Part shown: piece after piece, positions 7,978 to 17,079 of the stretch
Position numbering within the stretch: the first letter of the stretch is position 1
How the letters are laid out: each line of letters begins with the position of its first letter
From: an uncultured Conexibacteraceae bacterium
GTDB taxonomy: Bacteria; Actinomycetota; Thermoleophilia; Solirubrobacterales; Solirubrobacteraceae
DNA length: 64,000 bases
Assembly (NCBI GenBank): GCA_963829185.1
Contig: CAWHID010000032.1
Coordinates: 624-64,623 of the forward strand
Direction: 5' to 3'
Made by a program: the position numbers and the translations under genes
Notes under the pieces: generated by a model
The model's input: the letters and a program-made list of their open reading frames with translations, nothing else
The model's database searches: none
Told to the model about the DNA's origin: nothing

Positions 7978-8924
7978 CCGGTCGCGGCGGCGGCCGCCTC
8001 GCGCTCGTAGTCGAGCTCGGTGCGGACGCCGAGGCCGGCGAGGATCGCCTGCGCGGCCTCCAGTGACGGCGCGTCGGCGACGGCGGCGGCCAGCCGCGCG
8101 GCGCTGTTGATGGCGATCAGCGGATCGAAGCAGACCAGGCGGCCGCCGTCGGCGGTCAGCGGTACCGAGCGCCGGCCGCCGCGGATCGGGATCAGGCCGG
8201 TCTCGCCGCGGGCGCAGCGGACGGCCATCGCGCTGGCCTCGGTCGTGACGTGCGCCAGCGCGCCCTCGACGACGTCCAGCGCGGCGGCCGGCAGCGGCAG
8301 GTCGCCGAGGTCGCCGCCGGCGGCGCGCACCTCGTCCAGGCGCTCAAGCACCTCCGCTGGCGTCAGCTCGCCGTCGCAGCCGATGCCGAAGACGATCCCG
8401 AGGGTCGGCGTCGCCATCCGCGGCGCCGCGGCGAGGACGGTCGCGTCGGCCAGCGGGCTGGCCAGCCCGGGTTCGTGGCCGTGGGCCAAGACGTCGCCGC
8501 CGACGTCGAGCAACACCACCAGGTCGCAGCCCAGCTGCGCGGCGGCGGCGTCGAGGCCGGCTGCGATCGCCGCCGGCCCGGGGTTGGGGTCGACGAGCAC
8601 GACGGGCTCGCCGAGGAAGGCGGCCATGCCGGCCTCGCAGAACCGAAAGCCTCCAGGTCCTGTGGTGTCAGCGCTTGCGAGCGCGACCGCCTCGTTCAGC
8701 GGCTGAAGGCCGGAGATCTCGTCCAGCCGGCGTGGGCCGGGCAGCGGGTCGACGGGCCGCCGCTCCCAGGTGATGCCGCCGACGATCGCGTCGGTCCCGA
8801 GCGCGCGGGCGGCTTGGGCCGCGGCAAGCGAGCCCACGACATCGCCGCCGCCGCCGATGCCGATGACGAGGATTCGCTGAGCGGCGGCGACCAGACCCAT
8901 CGCTCGCCGCCGCTCAGCGGTCAC
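7974..8924 (-). CDS. DUF1152-like protein
   Basis: GIGGGGDVV, LDVGGDVLAHG...SPLAD and GIGCDGEL motifs. Confidence 0.72.
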   Translation of the reverse strand: MTAERRRAMGLVAAAQRILVIGIGGGGDVVGSLAAAQAARALGTDAIVGGITWERRPVDPLPGPRRLDEISGLQPLNEAVALASADTTGPGGFRFCEAGMAAFLGEPVVLVDPNPGPAAIAAGLDAAAAQLGCDLVVLLDVGGDVLAHGHEPGLASPLADATVLAAAPRMATPTLGIVFGIGCDGELTPAEVLERLDEVRAAGGDLGDLPLPAAALDVVEGALAHVTTEASAMAVRCARGETGLIPIRGGRRSVPLTADGGRLVCFDPLIAINSAARLAAAVADAPSLEAAQAILAGLGVRTELDYEREAAAAATG

Positions 8925-8936
8925 TTCAGGATGCAG

Positions 8937-9566
8937 CTAGACCAGCGCCGGCACGCGCGCATCGCAGATCTCTGCGATCTGCTCGCGGGCGCGGTCGAAC
9001 TCGTCGTCCGACAGCACTGGGGTGCCTTCGAAGGGCAGGTCGCGCGTGATCTCAAGCCACGAGCGACAGCCAGCGAACTCGTCCTTGACCCGCACGGTGA
9101 CCGGCCGCGGAATGCGGTAGGCGCGCAGGAGGACGACATGCAGCGGATGACGACGCTTCCACGCCAGGCGCTTCTCGGCGTAGTCGGTCGTCCACACGTA
9201 GTAAGGGGACAGCTCAGCGACCGTTCGTGGGTCGGTGATCGTCCAGCTGGCGGCCACCTCGGCCCATGCGCGGATGCGCACGCGGTCGGGCTGGCCGATG
9301 CCACCATCGCGAGTCAGCGCGTGAAGCGGCGGCTCGCCATCCGGCCAGACGCCCTCTTCGAGGGCGCGGCGGAGCTCCGGCTGATGCGATGGGCGCACCA
9401 AGTCGTAGCGCTGGTGGTCAAACGTCGGGTAGAGGAAGAAGCGGTCATGCTCGAGGCTGAAGTTCCGGCGCGGCTCGCCGACGCCACCCTTTCGCAGGGT
9501 GATCAGCTGCTCACCTTCGGCGAGCGCGCGGACAGTGACCGCCCATTCCTTGATCGCAATAGGCAT
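8937..9566 (-). CDS. DUF1802-family protein
   Basis: AIKEWAVTVRAL..GEQLITLRKGG, FFLYPTFDHQ and GCRSW. Start is MPIAIKEW at 9566. Confidence 0.82.
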   Translation of the reverse strand: MPIAIKEWAVTVRALAEGEQLITLRKGGVGEPRRNFSLEHDRFFLYPTFDHQRYDLVRPSHQPELRRALEEGVWPDGEPPLHALTRDGGIGQPDRVRIRAWAEVAASWTITDPRTVAELSPYYVWTTDYAEKRLAWKRRHPLHVVLLRAYRIPRPVTVRVKDEFAGCRSWLEITRDLPFEGTPVLSDDEFDRAREQIAEICDARVPALV

Positions 9567-9751
9567 AGAGGGGGTTTCAGAGAGAAAGTAGACGACAGAA
9601 ATCCCGCGCATCCACCGATACCCGGGAACGCGACGGGAAGGACCTCGATTGTGGCACGCGATGTGAAGATTCCAAAATCTCCCTGCTAAATACAGGAATC
9701 TTTTAGGACTATGTTGGCGCGTAGGCGCTCAAATCGAACGTCCGCGTGCGG

Positions 9752-10648
9752 TCAAGCGTCGCCGATGCGCAGACCTGCAAGCCCCTCGAAGGCCTCCACG
9801 ATCGACGCGAAGTCGGCCTCGCCGTAGCCACGGCCGACCGCTGCGACGAGCGCGTCACGTGCCGCATTCGCAGCCGGAAACGGCACGCCGGCAGCCTGCG
9901 CCTCCTCAAGACAGAGGCGCACGTCCTTGAGCATGTGGTCGGTCTTGAAGAGCGTGGCGTAAGCGTGTTGGCGCATCGGCTGGGCCTTGAGGGTCACCAT
10001 CGTTGAGCTGGCCGAGCCCGCGCCGAGGATTTCGATCAGCGCGTCGAGGTCAACCCCGGTCCCCGCACCCATGACCAGCGCCTGGGCCAGCGTCGCGGCA
10101 TTCGCGGCCGACACCGCGTTGTTGATGAGCTTGATCGTCTGTCCGTGGCCGAGCTCGCCGACGTGGACGATCGTCTCGCCCATCGCCTGCAACGCCGGCC
10201 GCGCGCGGGCGAACGCCGCCTCGTCGCCGCCGGCCATGATCGTCAGCGTCCCGCTCTGGGCCTTGGGCGAGGACCCGGTGACCGGCGCGTCGAGGAACGC
10301 ATGGCCGCGCTGGGCTAGCGCGGCGCCGATCGAGCGCGCGTCGGCGGGCGCGATCGTCGACATGTCGACGAACAACGTCTGGTGCGGCGCGCCGGCGACC
10401 GCGCCGTTCTCACCGAGGAGGACCGCCTCGACCTGAGCGCCGTCGACGACCATCGAGATGACGATGTCGGCGCCCGCCGCGGCGTCGGCCGGCGTGGCGG
10501 CGGCCTGCGCGCCCTCGTGCTCCTCGGCCCACGCCTGCGCCTTGCCGGGGGTCCGCGTCCACGCCGTCACGGCGAAGCCCTCGCGCTGCAGGTTCGCGGC
10601 CATCCGCGAGCCCATGATGCCCAGTCCCAGGAAGCCGACACTCGTCAT
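9752..10648 (-). CDS. 3-hydroxyisobutyrate dehydrogenase-family NAD(P) oxidoreductase
   Basis: GFLGLGIMG, FLDAPVTG, TLTIMAGG and KLINN. Confidence 0.92.
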   Translation of the reverse strand: MTSVGFLGLGIMGSRMAANLQREGFAVTAWTRTPGKAQAWAEEHEGAQAAATPADAAAGADIVISMVVDGAQVEAVLLGENGAVAGAPHQTLFVDMSTIAPADARSIGAALAQRGHAFLDAPVTGSSPKAQSGTLTIMAGGDEAAFARARPALQAMGETIVHVGELGHGQTIKLINNAVSAANAATLAQALVMGAGTGVDLDALIEILGAGSASSTMVTLKAQPMRQHAYATLFKTDHMLKDVRLCLEEAQAAGVPFPAANAARDALVAAVGRGYGEADFASIVEAFEGLAGLRIGDA

Positions 10649-10681
10649 GGTCGCGACCCTAGCGACCGCGTCTGGAGCCGC

Positions 10682-13600
10682 TCAGGCCGCCGCGGCTTCC
10701 AGGCCGAGCCGGTGGGCGACCGCGGCGGCCTCGGTGCGGCTGCGCACGTCGAGCTTGGCGAGGATCCGCGAGACATGGACTGACGCGGTCTTCTCGGCCA
10801 TAAACAGGCGCTCGCCGATCTCGCGGTTGGTGGCGCCGCGGGCGACGAGGCAGAGCACGTCGCGCTCGCGCGGGGTGAGGCCCAACTTGGCGATGTGGCC
10901 ATCCTCGACGGTGCCGATCTCCTCGGCGCTGGCCGCCGTGGTCGGCACCGCTTCCAGCCGCAGGCGGCCCCGCCGCGCCAGCGCGGTCAGCTCGTCGATG
11001 AGCCAGCGTGACCGCAGCTTGCGTGCGAGCGCCAGCGCGTCACGGCCTGCTGCCTCGGCGCCGGGCCGATCGCCGACGATCAGGCGTGCCTCGGCCTCAC
11101 GCCAGCGCGCCCGAGACACCCGAAACGGATGGCCCATCGCGACCCAGGCGTCGGCCGTCTGCGCCCACAGCTCCGGATCGGGCGTGCCGGTCGCGGCGGC
11201 TGCCTCTGCGTCGGCCGACAGCACCAGCGCTGCAGCCTCGGGCATCGCAGCGGCAAATGGGCGGGAGGCCGCCTCGCGGGTCCTGGCTGCCCAGTCGCGG
11301 GCGGCGGCGATCGCCGTGGCCTCGTCCTCCGGGCGCCCGAGATCGCGGGCCTGCTGGGCGGCGTCGGCCTCAACGCCGGCCGCTGCGCAGTAGATCTGGC
11401 CCAGGCGCGCGCCGTCGTCCATCGCGTCGCTCTCGACGAGGCGCTCCAGACCGGTGGCGATCGCGGCGCGCGCGGCGTCGATGTTGCGCTCCCGGCGTTC
11501 CAGCCCCGCCAGCAGTGCGGTGACCGGCGCGTGCCACTGCGGCTCGTAGGACCGGGCGATGAGCTCGCTGGCGACCTCTAGGCGGCTACGTGCATCGGCG
11601 TGGTCGCCGCGCGCCATCGCGAGGTTCGCGCGCACCACCTCGTAGTTGACGCGGATCGTGCCCTGGGCACTGCGGCCGACCTCGGGTGAGGCGAAGGCGT
11701 CGGCCTCATCCCACAAGCCCAGGTCGTAGGCAATCTCGGCTTGTGCGAGGACCAGGCAGGCGTCGAGGTGGCCGAGCTCGCGCAGCTCGCGGTGGCCCTC
11801 GGCGAGCAGCGTCCGCGCCGCCGGCGTCTCGCCGGTTCGGTGGAGCGCCTCGGCGAGGTTCGCGTAGCCGCGCACGAGCTGCTCGAGATCGCCGTCCTCG
11901 CGCGCCAGTGCCAGCGCCTCGCGCAGCAGGGCGCGGCCGCGGGCGGTGTCCTCGCCGCCGCGCAGGCAGATCCCCATCGTGTTGAGCGCATGGATGCGGA
12001 CCGACCGCGCGCCGACGGCCTCGGCGACGTTGAGCGCCTCTTGGGCCATGGCCCGCGCGTCGGCGTGGCGGCCCCAGCGCATCAGGCCCGCAGCCTTGGC
12101 GGCGAGCAGCTCGGCGCGCTCGGCGCTCGGCGGCTCGGCGGGCAGCAGCGCCAGCGCTGCGTCCCATGCCTGCAGCGCGATCTCGCCCTTGCCCTGAGAC
12201 CATCGTGCCTTGCCCAGCCGGCCGAGCATCCGCGCGGCACGGCCAGGCTCGGCCTCCTGGTCGAGCTCGTGCAGCGCGCGCTTGAGCAAGACGATGCAGC
12301 GGTGATGTTCGAGCGTGTGGGCGTGCGCGGCGCGGGCCAGCAGCGTGACGTGGTCACAGCCGGCGAGCGCCGCCGGCTCGGCGACGCGCTCCCACAGCTC
12401 CAGCGCGCGCTCATAGAGCGCGGCGGCCTCGCGCTCGGCATGCGCGCGCTCGGCGGTCTGGGCGGCGCGGACGGCGGTGCGAAGCGCCGCGGGCTGGTCG
12501 CCGGCGGCGTCGAAGTGATGGGCGATCTCGGTGGCATGCTCCAGGCTGACGCACGGCTCGGCTGCCGCGCGCGCCTCTAGCACCGTCGCCAGCCGCCGGT
12601 GCAGCCCGCTGCGCTCGCCGGGCAAGAGGTCCTCGTGGACGACCTCGCGCAGCAGCGCGTGGCGGAAGGCGAGGTGGCCGCCCGGCTGGGTGACCAGGAC
12701 GTGGTGGGCGATCGCGTCGCGAAGGGCGTCGCGCAGCGCGCGGGACTCCAGGCCGCTGGCGTCCTGCAGCACGTCCTGTTCGATGCGCTGCGCGGCCGAG
12801 ACCCAGCGCAGCGCCTCTTGAGCGGTCTCGCTGAGCGCCTCGACGCGGAGGATCAGCGCGTCGCGCAGCGACTCGGGCAGCGCGCCGTCGCCCTCGCGCT
12901 CGGCGGCGAGGATCTCCTCGGCGAAGAGCGGGTTGCCCTCGCTGCGGGCATAGACGCGATCGAGCAGCTCGCCGTCGGGCGTCGCGCCGAGGATGGCGGC
13001 CAGCTGCGCGCCGAGCTCCTCGCGGCTGAAGCGCTCGATCGCGATCCGCGAGGCCGCATCGGTGCGCTCGATCTCGGCCAGGAACGGGCGCAGCGGATGG
13101 CGGCGGTGCAGCTCGTCGACGCGGAAGGTCGAGACGACCAGCAGCCGCTGGCGGCAGATGTTGCGCGACAGGAACGAGAGGAAGTCGCGCGTGGAGCGGT
13201 CGGCCCAGTGGAGATCCTCGATGACGAGCAGCACCGGCGACTCCTCGGCGAGCCGCTCGAAGAGCCCTAGCAGGAGCTCGAACAGGCGCCCTTGGGCGCT
13301 GCCGAGGTAGGGCTCGACGAGCAGGTCGCCGGGAGCGCCGAGCTCGGGGAGGAGACGGGCCAGCTCGGTGCGCGCGGGCCCGAGCGCACCGAACACCGGG
13401 TGGCCCTCCCGGACGAGCGAGCGCAGCGCCGAGACGATCGGCGCATAGGGGAGTTCGCTGTCGCCCAGGTCGATGCAGTCGCCCCACAGGACCCGTGCTC
13501 CGCCGGCCGCGGCGCGGTCGGCGAAGTGGTCGGTGAGGCGGCTCTTGCCGACGCCGGACTCCCCGGCGACGAACACGATTCCCGCCACGGCGCTCGGGGC

Positions 13601-13744
13601 GCTCGCGGCGGCCAGCGCGCCCTCGAGCGCCGCGAGCTGATCGCGGCGGCCGATGAATGCGTCGCTGGTGACCCGAGCCGGCATGCCCGGGCCATGTTCC
13701 CGCACACGTGCGCGGGGGAAGAGGTCGATGGTCTGCGCGTCCAC
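10682..13744 (-). CDS. Large ATP-binding LuxR-family regulator (AAA + TPR-like + HTH)
   Basis: Walker A GESGVGKS, IEDLHWAD, GNPLF, and C-terminal LTPRERDVL...VHVSRILAKL. Confidence 0.92.
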   Translation of the reverse strand: MDAQTIDLFPRARVREHGPGMPARVTSDAFIGRRDQLAALEGALAAASAPSAVAGIVFVAGESGVGKSRLTDHFADRAAAGGARVLWGDCIDLGDSELPYAPIVSALRSLVREGHPVFGALGPARTELARLLPELGAPGDLLVEPYLGSAQGRLFELLLGLFERLAEESPVLLVIEDLHWADRSTRDFLSFLSRNICRQRLLVVSTFRVDELHRRHPLRPFLAEIERTDAASRIAIERFSREELGAQLAAILGATPDGELLDRVYARSEGNPLFAEEILAAEREGDGALPESLRDALILRVEALSETAQEALRWVSAAQRIEQDVLQDASGLESRALRDALRDAIAHHVLVTQPGGHLAFRHALLREVVHEDLLPGERSGLHRRLATVLEARAAAEPCVSLEHATEIAHHFDAAGDQPAALRTAVRAAQTAERAHAEREAAALYERALELWERVAEPAALAGCDHVTLLARAAHAHTLEHHRCIVLLKRALHELDQEAEPGRAARMLGRLGKARWSQGKGEIALQAWDAALALLPAEPPSAERAELLAAKAAGLMRWGRHADARAMAQEALNVAEAVGARSVRIHALNTMGICLRGGEDTARGRALLREALALAREDGDLEQLVRGYANLAEALHRTGETPAARTLLAEGHRELRELGHLDACLVLAQAEIAYDLGLWDEADAFASPEVGRSAQGTIRVNYEVVRANLAMARGDHADARSRLEVASELIARSYEPQWHAPVTALLAGLERRERNIDAARAAIATGLERLVESDAMDDGARLGQIYCAAAGVEADAAQQARDLGRPEDEATAIAAARDWAARTREAASRPFAAAMPEAAALVLSADAEAAAATGTPDPELWAQTADAWVAMGHPFRVSRARWREAEARLIVGDRPGAEAAGRDALALARKLRSRWLIDELTALARRGRLRLEAVPTTAASAEEIGTVEDGHIAKLGLTPRERDVLCLVARGATNREIGERLFMAEKTASVHVSRILAKLDVRSRTEAAAVAHRLGLEAAAA

Positions 13745-13747
13745 GTC

Positions 13748-13918
13748 CTACGCGTGGGCCGCGTGCAGACGCGTGTCGCGCCGGCCACGGAGCCGACCGA
13801 GGAGCGCCGCGCGTTGAGGGATGCGCGGCAGGGGTCGGCTCCGCCGGCCGGCGCGCATGGCGTCCTCGTCGCGAACGACGGCGAGAGGCTGGTTGAGGAG
13901 GGAGAGCATGGACAGCAT
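13748..13918 (-). CDS. Small Arg-rich hypothetical protein upstream of the LuxR gene
   Basis: 56-aa ORF whose stop lies 3 nt before the LuxR start, on the same strand. Confidence 0.45.
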   Translation of the reverse strand: MLSMLSLLNQPLAVVRDEDAMRAGRRSRPLPRIPQRAALLGRLRGRRDTRLHAAHA

Positions 13919-13972
13919 CTTGCGCCTGAGACGGGCCCGCCGCATCGGGCGGACGGTGCGACCTACGGGGCC

Positions 13973-14004
13973 TGACCCCTTACTGCGCTGCAGTGACCCC
14001 TTAC
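13973..14004. promoter_or_regulatory. 11-bp direct repeat TGACCCCTTAC x2, 21-bp spacing
   Basis: Seen at 13973 and 13994 in the divergent promoter region. Confidence 0.55.
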
Positions 14005-14026
14005 CGCTGCGGGTAGCGTGAACGCC

Positions 14027-15106
14027 ATGGTCGATTCGAGGAGTCCTGTCGCAGCGCTGCGCGTGGCCCTCATCGGGTATGGCGGGGCGGGCGCGCGTCT
14101 CCATGCACCGCTGATTGCAGCGACCGACGGGCTGGCGCTGCACGCGGTCGTCACGCGTGATCCGGGGCGCCGTGCGCAGCTGGCGGCGAGCGCTCCCGGC
14201 GTGCTTGCCGTCGACGCGCTGACCGATGTCGTGGCCGATGTCGACCTCGTCGTGGTGGCCTCGCCGAACCGCTTTCACGTCGACCTCGCGCAGACGGCGC
14301 TGGCCGCGGGCAAGCACGTCGTCGTGGACAAGCCACTGGCGGTCACGAGCGCGCAGGGGCGGGCGCTGGCGGTGCAGGCGGCGACGGCGGGCGTGGTCCT
14401 GGCGGTCTTTCACAACCGGCGCTGGGACGACGATTTCCTGACGCTGCGCCGGGTGCGCGACGAGGGCCGCCTGGGGCGTGTGCTCCGGCTGGAGTCCCGC
14501 TTCGATCGCTGGCGCCCGCAGATCAAGGAGGGCGCGTGGCGCGAGGAGGGCGACCCGGCCGACGGCGGCGGGCTGCTGCTGGACCTCGGCAGCCACCTTG
14601 TCGATCAGGCCGTGCAACTGCTGGGACCGGTGAGCGCCGTGTACGCCGAGCTCGACGTGCGGCGCCCGGGCGCGGTGGTCGAGGACGACCTCTTCATCGC
14701 CCTGACCCACGAGGGCAACGCGCGCTCGCACCTTTGGGCTGGGGTACATCGCGCCGACGCGCCACCGCGTCTGCGGGCTGTGGGCGACGAGGCGACATTC
14801 GTGGCACTTGGCCTGGATCCGCAGGAGGCGGCGCTGCGCGCTGGCGCGTCGCCGCGGGATCCTGGCTTCGGCTTGCGCGAGCCCGGGCTGGAGGCGACGC
14901 TGCACGACGGCTCTGGTGGCATGGGCGAGCGGCTGACGATGGTGCCGGGGCGGTGGGCGGCGCTCTATGAGGGCGTCGTGGCGGCGATCCGCAGCGGTGG
15001 CGCGGTCGCGCCGCCCGTGACGGCGGCCGACGCGGTTGGCGTGCTGGAGCTGCTGGAGGCGGCGCGCGAGAGCTCGGCGCGCGGCAAGGTGGTTGCGGTC
15101 GCCTGA
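14027..15106 (+). CDS. Gfo/Idh/MocA-family oxidoreductase
   Basis: ALIGYGGAG, GKHVVVDKP, FHNRRWD and LLDLGSHLVDQ. Confidence 0.92.
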   Translation: MVDSRSPVAALRVALIGYGGAGARLHAPLIAATDGLALHAVVTRDPGRRAQLAASAPGVLAVDALTDVVADVDLVVVASPNRFHVDLAQTALAAGKHVVVDKPLAVTSAQGRALAVQAATAGVVLAVFHNRRWDDDFLTLRRVRDEGRLGRVLRLESRFDRWRPQIKEGAWREEGDPADGGGLLLDLGSHLVDQAVQLLGPVSAVYAELDVRRPGAVVEDDLFIALTHEGNARSHLWAGVHRADAPPRLRAVGDEATFVALGLDPQEAALRAGASPRDPGFGLREPGLEATLHDGSGGMGERLTMVPGRWAALYEGVVAAIRSGGAVAPPVTAADAVGVLELLEAARESSARGKVVAVA

Positions 15107-15220
15107 TCGGCGGTGGTGCCGTGCGCGCGCGGAGTTGTTGTCACGTGCGATGAGTTTGCGCTAGGTGCCGCGTCTTCGAGAGCATCACGCCATTCCGTAA
15201 CGCAGGAGCGAGGAGCGACC

Positions 15221-15595
15221 ATGGCCAACCCCGTCGTGCATTTCGAGATCATCGGCAAGGACGGTGACAAGACCAAGCAGTTCTTCGCCGACCTGTTCGG
15301 CTGGAGCATCAACAGCGACAACCCCATGAACTACGGGTTGACCGACCCGGGCGAGAACGACATCGGCCGCGGGATCGCGGGCGGCATCGGCGGCGCGATG
15401 GGCGGCTCGGAGGGCTACGTGACCGTCTACGTCCAAGTCGACGACGTCGAGACCGCGCTGGCCAAGGCCGAGAGCCTCGGCGGCACGCGCGTGTTCGGCC
15501 CGGAGACGATCATGGGCGGGCTGACGCTCGGCCTCTTCAACGAGCCCGAGGGCAAGACGATCGGCGTCCTGCACGGCGCCCCCGAGATGGACTAG
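15221..15595 (+). CDS. VOC-family protein
   Basis: MANPVVHFEI...FFADLFGW...VYVQVDDV...EPEG. AGGAG RBS upstream. Confidence 0.9.
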   Translation: MANPVVHFEIIGKDGDKTKQFFADLFGWSINSDNPMNYGLTDPGENDIGRGIAGGIGGAMGGSEGYVTVYVQVDDVETALAKAESLGGTRVFGPETIMGGLTLGLFNEPEGKTIGVLHGAPEMD

Positions 15596-17079
15596 GCCTT
15601 GCCGTGGCCGCCTCCGCCTGGGGTGTCCAGGCGGAGACGCTGGCCCGCGCGCAGCGTGCCGCCGGCCTTGGCCGGCAGCTCCTCGTCGTCGAGCAGGTTG
15701 CGCCCGCGCGCGCCGTCCTCGCCACCGTCGGCACCGGGCGGCGCGTGGCGGCGACGCTCGGTGATGAGCGAGAACGACATGTCGGTCAGCGCCTGCAGCT
15801 CGCGGATGACGCCGTCACCGCCGCGGAAGGCGCCTTGTCCGCCGCTGCCGCGACGGACCGCATACTGGGTGACGCGCAGCGGGAACTCCAGCTCCAGCGC
15901 CTCGATGGGCGTGTTTAAGGTGTTGGACATGGCCACGTGGACGGCGCTGGGCCCGTCGGCATCCGGGCACGCGCCCTGGCCGCCGCCGAGCGTCTCGTAG
16001 TAGGAGAAGTCGTCGTTGCCGAGCGTCAGGTTGTTCATGGTGCCCTGGCCGCAGGCGCGGCTGAAGGCACTGAGCACGAGGTCGGCGACGCGCGAGGAGG
16101 TCTCGACGTTGCCGGCGGCGACGGCGGCGGGCGGGGCGGCGTCGAGCAGCGTGCCGTGCTCGGTGATGACCTCGACCGGCCGGTGAGCGCCCGCGCTGGG
16201 CGGGATGTCGGCGTCGGTGAGCACCCGCACGGCAAAGAGGCAGGCGCTGCGCGTGACCGCCAGCGGGCAGTTGAGGTTGCCGGGATCCTGGGCGGCGCTG
16301 CCGCGGAAGTCGAGGATCAGCCGGTCGCCGTCGACGGTCGCGGCGACGCGCAATTCGAGGTCGCCGTCGACACCCTCCAACACGTCAACGGCGTGGCGCG
16401 TGCCGTCGGGAAGGTCGTTGAGGCATGCGCGCGTGCGGCGCTCGGCGTAGTCGAGGACTGCGGTGCAGGCGTCCCGCAGCCCGCCGGCGCCGAGCCGTTG
16501 TGCGAGCTCGCGCATCCGCGTCGCGCCGAGGCGGTTGGCGGCTAGCTGAGCGCGCAGGTCGGCACGCCGCTCGGCCGGCTGGCGCATTTGCTGGGCCAGC
16601 TCCTCGATCGCGGCGGCGTCGAGCGCCCGCGGCGCGATGACGACGCCCTCCTCGGCCAGCGTGCGCGAGTCAAACGGCATCGATCCCGGCACGCGGCCGC
16701 CGACGTCGGCGTGGTGGGCGCGGCTGGCCGAGAACCCCAACAACGTCCCGTCACCATCGAGCACCGGCGTGACGACCGTGATGTCGGGGAGGTGCGTTCC
16801 GCCGCGATACGGATCGTTGAGAATCCATGAGCGGCCGTCGGTGTGATCTTCGCGCAGGACCGCCTCGACCGCCGCGGGCATCGCGCCGAGGTGAACCGGG
16901 ATGTGCTCGGCCTGCATGACCATCTCGCCGTGGGCGTCAAAGAGCGCGGTCGAGCAGTCGCGGCGCTCCTTGATGTTGGCCGAGTGGGCGCTGCGCACGA
17001 GCACCGCGCCCATCTCCTCGCAGGCGGCGCGCAGCGCGCCGGTGGCGACCTGCAGCGCGATGGGGTCGAGCTCAGCCAC
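15592..17079 (-). CDS. Hydantoinase B/oxoprolinase subunit
   Basis: SANIKERRDCS, HIPVHLG, NDPYRGGTHLPD, QGTMNN and TPGGGG. Confidence 0.93.
   Translation of the reverse strand: MAELDPIALQVATGALRAACEEMGAVLVRSAHSANIKERRDCSTALFDAHGEMVMQAEHIPVHLGAMPAAVEAVLREDHTDGRSWILNDPYRGGTHLPDITVVTPVLDGDGTLLGFSASRAHHADVGGRVPGSMPFDSRTLAEEGVVIAPRALDAAAIEELAQQMRQPAERRADLRAQLAANRLGATRMRELAQRLGAGGLRDACTAVLDYAERRTRACLNDLPDGTRHAVDVLEGVDGDLELRVAATVDGDRLILDFRGSAAQDPGNLNCPLAVTRSACLFAVRVLTDADIPPSAGAHRPVEVITEHGTLLDAAPPAAVAAGNVETSSRVADLVLSAFSRACGQGTMNNLTLGNDDFSYYETLGGGQGACPDADGPSAVHVAMSNTLNTPIEALELEFPLRVTQYAVRRGSGGQGAFRGGDGVIRELQALTDMSFSLITERRRHAPPGADGGEDGARGRNLLDDEELPAKAGGTLRAGQRLRLDTPGGGGHGKA

Noticed and set aside
9730-9750. 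LexA/SOS boxes here and near 42766 and 1493
   Set aside because: Only one half-site matches CGAAC-N4-GTTCG, which is too weak in GC-rich DNA.
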